This document shows positions 1-9,535 of a stretch of 64,000 nt of DNA, piece after piece; the first letter of the stretch is position 1, and every line of letters begins with the position of its first letter. The position numbers and the translations under genes were made by a program. Location: positions 10,130-74,129 of the forward strand of contig CAZTZL010000003.1 of NCBI GenBank assembly GCA_964617625.1, read 5' to 3'. Under the pieces are notes generated by a model. It worked only from the letters and a program-made list of their open reading frames with translations. It did not search any database and was not told where the DNA came from. The DNA is from an uncultured bacterium (GTDB lineage Bacteria > Zhuqueibacterota > QNDG01 > DSAB01).

Positions 1-948
1 ATTTCTTCCGATCGAGTGATAAAATATTTCCATTAACTTCGGAACAGTTTTAACCTTGCTGTCTTCACTTGTATGGTAGAACCACTCCGGCCTGATGGAG
101 GTGTTGACTTCAGCAGGTACCCAGGAATCGCCATTTTCCACACCATAATGCAACATGTGCCATGGCACTTCGCCTGATGCGTTGAGCAGACTCCAGTTGG
201 TTTCGCCAACGAATCCTTCTTCAGTGCCCACCCAGCGCAGATCGGCGCGGTCACCGCCATCGTTCCAGATGACAATATTGGGTTGCAACTCTCGGACGAG
301 TTTATAGGTATTTTTCCAATCGTAATACGTTGTGCGGTCGATCTTGCGATTTTCATTGGCGCCGTCGTAATAACCGTCACCTCCATTGGCTCCGTCAAAC
401 CATATTTCGAAAATAGGTCCGTAGTTGGTGAGCAGTTCAGTCAGCTGGTTTCGAAAGTAGGTAATATATTCAGTTTTTCCGTAATCCGCATGGTTCCTGT
501 CCCAGGGTGATAAATAAATCCCCAGTTTCAGACCGTATTCATGACAGGCATCAGCCATCTCGCGAACCACATCGCCCTCACCGTTTTTCCACAGCGCATT
601 TTTCACCGAATATTCAGTATATTCGGATGGCCACAGACAAAAACCGCAATGGTGTTTGGCCGTGATGATAATACCTTTCATGCCGGCTTCTTTGCAGATG
701 CGGGCCCATTGACGGCAATCCAGTTCTGTGGGATTAAACAGATTGATATCTTCGTTACCATATCCCCACGGCTGATTGGTATACGTATTTAATGAAAAGT
801 GAACAAAAGCATAATATTCCATTTCTTGCCAGCGCAATTGATTTTCCGACGGAATTGGGCCAAAGGGAACGGGTGCTTCTATCTGATGACAATTCAGGCC
901 AGATAAAAAGGCGAAAAAAACAATCCCATATAGTGAATACTTTGACAA
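1..948 (-). CDS. GH29 alpha-L-fucosidase, 3'-partial (C-terminus runs off window start)
   Basis: Own translation of the minus strand from 948 down to 1 is an open frame with no stop. It reads ...QLRWQEMEYYAFVHFSLNTYTNQPWGYGNE...HHCGFCLWPSEYTEYSVKNALWKNGEGDVVREMADACHEYGLKLGIYLSPWD...IFEIWFDGANGGDGYYDG..., which are GH29 family motifs. No ATG precedes the signal-peptide-like stretch SKYSLYGIVFFAFLSGLNC, so the start is probably the TTG at 946-948. This frame is absent from the ORF track because it has no in-window stop. Confidence 0.75.
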   Translation of the reverse strand, partial: MSKYSLYGIVFFAFLSGLNCHQIEAPVPFGPIPSENQLRWQEMEYYAFVHFSLNTYTNQPWGYGNEDINLFNPTELDCRQWARICKEAGMKGIIITAKHHCGFCLWPSEYTEYSVKNALWKNGEGDVVREMADACHEYGLKLGIYLSPWDRNHADYGKTEYITYFRNQLTELLTNYGPIFEIWFDGANGGDGYYDGANENRKIDRTTYYDWKNTYKLVRELQPNIVIWNDGGDRADLRWVGTEEGFVGETNWSLLNASGEVPWHMLHYGVENGDSWVPAEVNTSIRPEWFYHTSEDSKVKTVPKLMEIFYHSIGRN

Positions 949-1094
949 CCTATTTAATTTCAACAAACTCAGGTTCAAAAGGTGCAATTGTGAAATTGCC
1001 GCTGTAATCTTTTGCACTGAGGATACTCCTTGATTTGCCTTTTAGTTGAATCTCTTTGGCCCTGGGACTCATATTCAAATATAAAATATGATTT

Positions 1095-1568
1095 TCATCG
1101 ATCTGTCTTGCCACCACCCGATTCATTGTCTATACCAAATGCTGGCAAAGCGTGATGATTTCCATAATGTTTTGTCATCTCATCTGTAAAATGCAAGGCG
1201 TATTTTTGGTACATGGGGTCACCCACATCTTCCATGTAGCGGTGATTCGGATAAAGCACATCCCATTTTTCATCGGTGATGCTGATTGACGGATATTTAT
1301 GATGCAGCCAGAGAGGAGCGGGCCGGATGGCAATATCCAGAATCACATTGATGCCGGCTTCACTCATCATGTCCATCACCTCGTCGAACCAGGCAAAATC
1401 GAACACACCTTCAGACGGTTCATAACTGTCCTAAGCTAAATGGCCCATACGGACAACATTGAATCCGGCATCTTTCATAAGCTGGATATCGGTTTTTATT
1501 TTCTCGATATTTTTATCATCGTGAGGATGATAGTTTGCTCCGACATATAACCCTTTGGCGTGAATCAT
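1095..1568 (-). pseudogene. GH42 beta-galactosidase N-terminal remnant (about 155 codons, internal TAG, truncated)
   Basis: The minus frame reads MIHAKGLYVGANYHPHDDKNIEKIKTDIQLMKDAGFNVVRMGHLA*DSYEPSEGVFDFAWFDEVMDMMSEAGINVILD...LPAFGIDNE SGGGKTDR*. The GH42 N-terminal TIM-barrel motifs RMG-FAW and IDNE are present. An in-frame TAG at 1431-1433 sits where GH42 has its conserved Trp. The frame ends 8 codons after IDNE, whereas a full GH42 is about 650-700 aa. Confidence 0.65.
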
Positions 1569-1717
1569 AGAACAGAAAAAAACAAAATGAAAATTGGAAC
1601 AAGCATTAATTTCATCTTCATATAAATCAGTCTTTTTTTAAGATGATCTCCTATAATACTGTCTTATTGGAATCCGAAAATATTTGATTGTCCGGAACCT
1701 CCAATAAGACACTTTTT

Positions 1718-2890
1718 TTATTTTGAATAATTATACTGTAGCAGTATTTTTATAAGCTCATCATCCGGTTCAAGTGATTTCAACTGTTCAGAATCAAAAT
1801 GGTAAATGCCGAAATCACCTTTATACTCCCAATTGCACCATGCAATGTTATTTTCTTCAAGCCCTGAAATTAAATCCGAATAATATTGCATTCTGTCTTT
1901 TCTCTCAACCGTAGGTAAACAGCCAAATTCTCCACAATATAGTTGCAGGTTTTTAACTTTGGCAAATTCGATACCTGATCGAAATACGTCTATCAATCTC
2001 TCTTTATTAAAATTTTCTCTTGCATCAGATAGCAGATCCACCATTGCTGTGTCTGTGACATCCACATATTTCTCATAGTCATCATCCGTAATAATCTGAC
2101 CTGGATAATGAACCGGCCCCTTATAGTTACCCACCGGCGTCCAGTTTGCTGTATGGTGTGTAAAAGCCAGGGGAGTATATGTGTGAAAACTCAAAATGAT
2201 ATTTTTGTCGTTTTCAGGTAATTTTAAGTATTGAAGGTTCGGTGCTACTTGCCACATATTCGGCCCGATAACCAACACCCTTTCAGGTTCTTTTTCACGA
2301 ACAGCTGCTATTGCCTTATTTACAAGTTTATTCCAATCGTCATGTTCAGGGGCTACCGCTTCATTTAACAGTTCATAGGCAACCATATTATTGGGATACG
2401 TATGGAGCACTTCAGATAGTTGAATCCAAAGATTTACAAAATTCTTTTGCGCTTCAGCATCTGTCCAAAGTGTATTGATTCCGCCTTCATTTTCAGCGTT
2501 AAAATGATGTGAACGGATCGTATGCAAATCAACGACTGCCCTTAGGTTATATTGATTACACCAATCCAGACAACTTGTCAGATGATTAAATGCTTCCTGA
2601 ATTTGTTTTCCATTTTCATCCCACATTTCATGTTCATCAATAGGAATCCTTACATGGTCATATCCGATACTTTCTATAAATTGAATGTCTTTTTCCTGTA
2701 TATATTCATATTTAGGTTCCCACCCAAAATCCTGTGACAACCAATGGCTAAGATTGACGCCTCTCATTATTTCAAAACCAGAAGGATTCATTGCTTGTAT
2801 TGAAGCTGATTGTTTACAAGAAATTATTGTACCCAAGCTAACAATAACGAATAATAGTACTATTCTCCTGAAACTTTGTCTAATTATCAT
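1718..2890 (-). CDS. GH5 family endoglucanase/xyloglucanase-like glycoside hydrolase, secreted (lipoprotein-like signal)
   Basis: 390 aa. Signal peptide ending ...LGTIISCKQ. GH5 acid/base motif ELLNEA and nucleophile motif LYCGEFGC, with TIM-barrel spacing. Confidence 0.75.
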   Translation of the reverse strand: MIIRQSFRRIVLLFVIVSLGTIISCKQSASIQAMNPSGFEIMRGVNLSHWLSQDFGWEPKYEYIQEKDIQFIESIGYDHVRIPIDEHEMWDENGKQIQEAFNHLTSCLDWCNQYNLRAVVDLHTIRSHHFNAENEGGINTLWTDAEAQKNFVNLWIQLSEVLHTYPNNMVAYELLNEAVAPEHDDWNKLVNKAIAAVREKEPERVLVIGPNMWQVAPNLQYLKLPENDKNIILSFHTYTPLAFTHHTANWTPVGNYKGPVHYPGQIITDDDYEKYVDVTDTAMVDLLSDARENFNKERLIDVFRSGIEFAKVKNLQLYCGEFGCLPTVERKDRMQYYSDLISGLEENNIAWCNWEYKGDFGIYHFDSEQLKSLEPDDELIKILLQYNYSK

Positions 2891-2914
2891 GTCTTACTCC
2901 TTATTTTAAATTTT

Positions 2915-5533
2915 TTATTGAATCGTAATCGTCACCACCTTTAAATCTTTGTCGTCGGAACTGTTCCCGTAGAGCACCTCATACGCTCCCGAAGAGACCT
3001 TCATTTCCCTGCTTTCCCGATCATAAAACTCGAACGAATCGAACGGCAGATTGATCACAGCCTGTGCGGTTTTCCCTGCAGCCACTTCGACCCGTTGAAA
3101 GCCCTTGAGTGTTTTGAGAGGCCCGTCCGTATCGTTTGCCTTTCGCACATACACCTGAACGATTTCCGTTCCATCGCGTTTACCTGTATTGGCTACCGGT
3201 ATTGTTAGCTCGACGGCTTCGTTAGTTTTGATATTTTTTTTATTTGGTTTTGCATCACCAATCGAGAATGTGGTATAACTCAATCCAAATCCGAACGGGA
3301 AAAGCGGATCGGACATGTAGCGGTAGGTGCGCCCTATCATAGAATAATCTTCAAAGTCTGATAATTGATCCATGCTCTTGTAGAAAGTAATGGGTAATTT
3401 ACCGGATGGATTGTATTCACCGAACAACACATCGGCCACTGCCTGTCCGCCGGATTCACCGGCATACCACGCCTGGAGAATGGCATCACAGCTTTCCGTT
3501 TCAGGAACCAGGGCAATGGCTGAACCGGAACAGTTGACGAAAACAACTTTTTTACCGGCTTCTTTCAACGTTTTCAGACAATTGCGTTGGACCGAAGGAA
3601 GCTCGATCTCGATACGGTCTCCGTTCTTGAAGCCCGGGTAGGTTACTGGCATTTCCTCGCCTTCCAGATTTGTCGAAAGACCACCGACAAAGACAACCAG
3701 ATCGATGTTCTTTAGTTTATTTAGCAGGTCTGTATAATCGACATCGACTTCTTTGCCGAAATTGAATTCGATGTTGGCCTGCCAATTATTCATTTGAGCA
3801 TAAAGAATCTCTATTTTATATTTTTTACCCGCTTCCACCTGAATCGGAAGTCTTGACGGAAGGGTTCTCCAGTTATCATACTTTGCAATTAATTCTCCGT
3901 TCACCAGCAATTCAACGTGTCCCGTAACGCCGCCTTTGAATACGATTTCTTCGCTTTGAGATGGAACGAACTCAGTTTCATATTTGGCCGAAAAACCTTC
4001 GAGCCGGACTCCGGGAGCAAATTCATGTTGGCCAGCAGTGGTGAGTTTGATCGGGTTGACAATTTGCATGGTTGCCACTACATCGCCCTGCCAATTCGCA
4101 TTATTCCAATAGGTGGCTTTAAATCCTTTCTTGCCATCCATCATACATTTTGAAAAATAGCATTCGGTGACTTTATCTTCAACCAGATCACAGGCCTTGT
4201 CGTAGACTACATGATCTGTGGATAGCTTGGATTTAATACCGTCAAGAATCGTGATGGTCCTCATCGGCTTCCCGTTATAATTTCCCCATAACACCGGTTC
4301 GTCATCGGCGTTAGGTCCGATGACCGCAATCTTTTGAATGGATTTCCTTAAAGGAAGGATGTTGTTTTTATTCTGAAGAAGGGTCATGGATTCACGCGCC
4401 ATATCCAGGGCAAGCTTCTGATGTTCTTCATTATTAACAATCGACATGGGAATTTTTGCCCAGGGCACCAGCGCATCGTCGTCGAAATCACCCAGATCAA
4501 ACCGTCCGACCAACACGCGCATCAAATGTTCGTTTATTTCTTCCTCGGTGATCAAGCCTCGTTCAACCGCTTCGGGCAGGTTTTTATAGGTATGATTGTC
4601 CCATTGACACTCCACATCCGTTCCGGCTAAAACCCCTTTGACTGCAGCATGGACGGCATCGGATGACACCTTGTGGCTGATGTAAAAATCGGCGATGGCG
4701 CCGCAATCTGAGACGACCAGATACTTGTAGCCCCAATCGTCGCGCAGGATATTTTGCAGCAAGCGCGTGCTGCCGCAACAGGGTTCATCATCCAGACGCT
4801 GATAGGCGCACATCACCTGTCGGACATCGGCTTCCTGTACCAACGCTTTAAATGCAGGAAGGTAGGTTTCCCATAAATCCCTCGGATCGATGTCATTGAG
4901 GTTGATCTCGTGGCGGCTCCATTCCGGCCCCGAATGCACGGCATAATGTTTGGCGCAGGCCAGCAGTTTTCGATATTTGGCTTCCGATGGACCTTGCAGT
5001 CCTTTCACCACCGAAACGCCCATGCGCGACATCAGGTAAGGATCTTCCCCATACGTCTCCTGGCCGCGTCCCCAGCGCGGATCACGGAAAATATTGACAT
5101 TGGGTGTCCATACCGAAAGGCTCAAGAAACGTCTGTTCCCCTCCCCCCTTCGGATGGCTTCATGATACTTGGCCCGCGTCTCATCTGAAGTCGCGCTGAA
5201 TATTTGATAAACCAGTTCATCATCGAACGAGGCCGCCATGCCAATCGGTTCGGGGAAAACCGTCACATCATCATTATTGGCAAGCCCGTGCAAGGCCTCG
5301 CTCCACCAGTTGAAATTTTTAATCCCGAAACGCGGGATTGCATCGGAGACATCGCACATCAAAGCGGCCTTTTCTTCCAGTGTGAGCCGGTATATTAAAT
5401 CTCTCGCTCTCTCTTCGGAACTCAGATTTGGATTTTGATAGGGCGATTGCTGTCCCTGCAGGTTGATTGAAAACAGTAAAATCACGATGACAAAAGATTT
5501 TTTCTTTAAGATATTCGGTAATGATAATTTCAT
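2915..5533 (-). CDS. GH3 beta-glucosidase/beta-xylosidase with PA14 insertion (paralog 1)
   Basis: 872 aa. GH3 motifs KHYAVHSGPE and VVSDCGAI (nucleophile Asp region). PA14-like insert (ATYWNNANWQGD...). Signal peptide. About 70% identical to the ORF at 21611..24199. Confidence 0.85.
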   Translation of the reverse strand: MKLSLPNILKKKSFVIVILLFSINLQGQQSPYQNPNLSSEERARDLIYRLTLEEKAALMCDVSDAIPRFGIKNFNWWSEALHGLANNDDVTVFPEPIGMAASFDDELVYQIFSATSDETRAKYHEAIRRGEGNRRFLSLSVWTPNVNIFRDPRWGRGQETYGEDPYLMSRMGVSVVKGLQGPSEAKYRKLLACAKHYAVHSGPEWSRHEINLNDIDPRDLWETYLPAFKALVQEADVRQVMCAYQRLDDEPCCGSTRLLQNILRDDWGYKYLVVSDCGAIADFYISHKVSSDAVHAAVKGVLAGTDVECQWDNHTYKNLPEAVERGLITEEEINEHLMRVLVGRFDLGDFDDDALVPWAKIPMSIVNNEEHQKLALDMARESMTLLQNKNNILPLRKSIQKIAVIGPNADDEPVLWGNYNGKPMRTITILDGIKSKLSTDHVVYDKACDLVEDKVTECYFSKCMMDGKKGFKATYWNNANWQGDVVATMQIVNPIKLTTAGQHEFAPGVRLEGFSAKYETEFVPSQSEEIVFKGGVTGHVELLVNGELIAKYDNWRTLPSRLPIQVEAGKKYKIEILYAQMNNWQANIEFNFGKEVDVDYTDLLNKLKNIDLVVFVGGLSTNLEGEEMPVTYPGFKNGDRIEIELPSVQRNCLKTLKEAGKKVVFVNCSGSAIALVPETESCDAILQAWYAGESGGQAVADVLFGEYNPSGKLPITFYKSMDQLSDFEDYSMIGRTYRYMSDPLFPFGFGLSYTTFSIGDAKPNKKNIKTNEAVELTIPVANTGKRDGTEIVQVYVRKANDTDGPLKTLKGFQRVEVAAGKTAQAVINLPFDSFEFYDRESREMKVSSGAYEVLYGNSSDDKDLKVVTITIQ

Positions 5534-5615
5534 TAGGTGATTCCTCGCTAAACATTAAAAATGCAATGATTGTTTTCCTTTAGTCCATAGAATTCCTAAC
5601 ACTATCCTGGGAGCA

Positions 5616-8189
5616 TCAAATCACGGTCTTGAATCGAATAACCGTAATGGAATACCCTGGGAAAGTATGAGTCCAATTGGAACTGGTATCGGTAAAGATG
5701 AAACGCTTGGGCACCGTGTGGAACGGATTCTCCACGGTGTTGATATCCCCAGGCTTGCCCACCATGACCTCTCCGGTCGCCACTTTTTGGATATTGGCTC
5801 CGGACAACTCAACAGTCATGGTTTGATCCACGTCGAAGATGTTGACAACCTTGAGTATAATGTCACCGGATTCATCCTCTTTGCTTGCACATGTGAAAAG
5901 AGGTTCGTCGGGATTGAGCGGGGCTTCCCCACGACCAAATCCGAATCGATCTGCAGGAGCCAGTAAGGATTCCGATGTGGATTCCTGAGCTGGAATCGTC
6001 TGGGGAACGATCTCGGTCACAGGAATGACCTGATCCCCCTTGGAATTGAAGAACATCTTTTGGACATAGTACGACGGCGATCCAAAACTGGTCAGTGTAT
6101 TGTAACCAATAAGGTCCGTACTCCACTGGCTGCCGCCAATATTCACGCGGGTAAACAGCGGAGCGTAACAGTTCATAATGACGATATCTGCGTTCCGTTC
6201 CAAACCAGTCAGAAATACAGCATCGGATAAAGCACATTGGAAGGAAGGAGTCAGACCCCGTGCGATACCGGGTTCCTGGGAAGCCCATTCGCCTTCGAAA
6301 ATCTTCGGGCCTTTACGATCGGCATTGTCATAAAAATGGGCATTACGAATGGCAATGTTTGGCGACATGTAGTGATGATTATCGATCACATCGTGCAGCA
6401 CATCCGGATCGGTTGTTGCAATGACCTGTATATCGGGATATTTGGCTTTGATGGCGTTATAGAACATGGCGAAACGGCCTTCCGGGCCACGGTAAGTGGC
6501 AGCGCCATTGTTCAGGAAGTCCTCATTACCAATCTCGACATAGGTGAGTTTGAAAGGGGCCGGATGGCCGTCTTTGGCCCGGCGAGCGCCCCACTTGGTG
6601 TTTACATCTCCAGTAATGTACTCGATTTCATCCAGTGCATCCTGAACAAACGGCTTCAGCGCTTCACCGGTCCTGACATCATGGCCGCCGTTGAGATGCA
6701 GGCCGGCATAAACACCCACCACCGGCTCCATGTTCAATTCTTCGCACCATTCGAGATACTCAAGGAGACCCAAACCATCTGAAGACTGATAGCCCCAGGG
6801 GCTCATGTGGCCAGGACGATCCTCCCAGGGACCAATCATGGCTTTCCAATTGAAACGATTCTCAAAATTGGTTCCTTCGATATAATTACCACCGGGAAAA
6901 CGCAGGAATGCCGGATGCATATCGTCGAGAAGTTGCATGATATCCAGCCTGAAACCCGTGAAAGGACGTCCGCCCAAAGCATTATGGGAGCGTTCCGTGA
7001 ATACCGGCGGGAACAGCGAGACAAGATTGAAGTTGACCGTGCCCTTCGAACCAGCGGCTATCATAAAACGGGTATCGGCTGTGGGTGTGATCTGTCCGGA
7101 TTTCAGTGTGATCTTGTAGCGTTTCCATGTGCTGGTGATAGCCGGGACTGTTGCGGAAGCATATACGGTTGCGCCATCATCGGACTCGATGGAGACAATT
7201 AATGGACCTGAGTAACCTTTTGAGGCTTTTGCGTAGAAAGAACACCGATAGGTCCAATTGGGTTTGACAGGAATTCCCCAATACCCGTTATTCGCAACAG
7301 CGACACGACCACCAGCGGGTACCTTGGAAATCGTAAGCTTCAGACTGGTTGTCAAGACGGTGGTGTTTATGGGATCGCTTGTGTCTGCAGCGGCGGCGCC
7401 TTCAGCACCGGTCGATGTGACGAGAAACCAGTGGGGGACACCCGGTATCCAATCAGCAGGAGGTTCAACGAGTGGGCCGTGATTGACCGTACTGCCACCT
7501 TCAAATCCTTTTTCCGGCTGCCAAACCTGACCCATTGAATCCGTAAATGGTTCGGACTGGCCCGCTCTGATCCGTATGGCGTTTGCTGAAGATCCTGACA
7601 CTGGAATGATTTCAATCGCATTGATGCACGGGTTTTCGATCTGGGGTGTGAAAGTCATGCGGAATTCTCCGTCGATTACTTCGATGGGCACCGTTTCGAT
7701 GTAGGCACGGTTGAAACCGCCAGCTTTGACCCAAATATCAAAGTCCTTGAATTCATGTCCCATGACATTGAAGGAAAAAACACGGTCACCGGGTCCGCCA
7801 ATACCGGAGTACGTCTCCGCAAAGTGAAGTTTCGCGAGATACTTGCCATTGGGAATTTTGCAGGAGAAAACACGCATCGAATAATGCTCGCTCCTATACA
7901 AGCCTGGTTCCCTGGTCCCGGTTGCCGCGGGAATTGAACCACTGCCCACAGGATTTCGGAAAATGCGGTTCTGAATCAATTCGCCATACAGTCCTCCCTC
8001 GTAAGAGTAATTGATTTCCTCTGTCATGAGTCCATAAAACATTGGATTGATTTTGGCTCCGGGATTGTCAACCTGTACGACTATTTTACCGGGATCGGCA
8101 GCAAAAACGGATACAGAATATATCATAAACAGCACCAGGACAATACATTTCGATAGATGCTTTTTAACGACACAAATGAAAGATTTCAT
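5616..8189 (-). CDS. GH51 alpha-L-arabinofuranosidase (eukaryote-like architecture) with malectin-like insertion
   Basis: 857 aa. N-terminus FYGLMTEEINYSYEGGLYGELIQNRIF. Catalytic LTYVEIGNEDF. CBM4_9-like region. An inserted segment YLAKLHFAETYSGIGGPGDRVFSFNVMGHEFKDFDIWVKAGG resembles a malectin carbohydrate-binding domain. Confidence 0.7.
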   Translation of the reverse strand: MKSFICVVKKHLSKCIVLVLFMIYSVSVFAADPGKIVVQVDNPGAKINPMFYGLMTEEINYSYEGGLYGELIQNRIFRNPVGSGSIPAATGTREPGLYRSEHYSMRVFSCKIPNGKYLAKLHFAETYSGIGGPGDRVFSFNVMGHEFKDFDIWVKAGGFNRAYIETVPIEVIDGEFRMTFTPQIENPCINAIEIIPVSGSSANAIRIRAGQSEPFTDSMGQVWQPEKGFEGGSTVNHGPLVEPPADWIPGVPHWFLVTSTGAEGAAAADTSDPINTTVLTTSLKLTISKVPAGGRVAVANNGYWGIPVKPNWTYRCSFYAKASKGYSGPLIVSIESDDGATVYASATVPAITSTWKRYKITLKSGQITPTADTRFMIAAGSKGTVNFNLVSLFPPVFTERSHNALGGRPFTGFRLDIMQLLDDMHPAFLRFPGGNYIEGTNFENRFNWKAMIGPWEDRPGHMSPWGYQSSDGLGLLEYLEWCEELNMEPVVGVYAGLHLNGGHDVRTGEALKPFVQDALDEIEYITGDVNTKWGARRAKDGHPAPFKLTYVEIGNEDFLNNGAATYRGPEGRFAMFYNAIKAKYPDIQVIATTDPDVLHDVIDNHHYMSPNIAIRNAHFYDNADRKGPKIFEGEWASQEPGIARGLTPSFQCALSDAVFLTGLERNADIVIMNCYAPLFTRVNIGGSQWSTDLIGYNTLTSFGSPSYYVQKMFFNSKGDQVIPVTEIVPQTIPAQESTSESLLAPADRFGFGRGEAPLNPDEPLFTCASKEDESGDIILKVVNIFDVDQTMTVELSGANIQKVATGEVMVGKPGDINTVENPFHTVPKRFIFTDTSSNWTHTFPGYSITVIRFKTVI

Positions 8190-8285
8190 AAGAGACGCTC
8201 CTTAATAATTAAACAGAGTAATTAAGGACTAAAAATCACATAACCATGTATGAGAATATTGAGTGGTCCTAACACATATTTTCGC

Positions 8286-9476
<1,191 letters not shown>

Positions 9477-9535
9477 TTAAATTAATATTTGAAATTGAAT
9501 TCCCTTCTCAGGTTTTTAATTGATGATTTTTGCTT

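Noticed and set aside
33-398. 121-aa minus-strand ORF from the track at the window start
   Set aside because: It is in a different frame from the stop-free GH29 reading frame that covers the same bases with clear family motifs. Low-complexity and out-of-frame, so treated as spurious.
283-1007. Three consecutive plus-strand ORFs (283..510, 541..792, 792..1007)
   Set aside because: They are antisense to the GH29 coding frame and show no motifs. Typical shadow ORFs.
1664-1716. Inverted repeat CTTATTGGA...TCCAATAAG followed by a T-run, considered as a terminator
   Set aside because: The T-run follows the hairpin on the plus strand, whereas the adjacent genes are minus-strand. The loop is about 28 nt. 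Orientation and geometry do not fit an intrinsic terminator for GH5.
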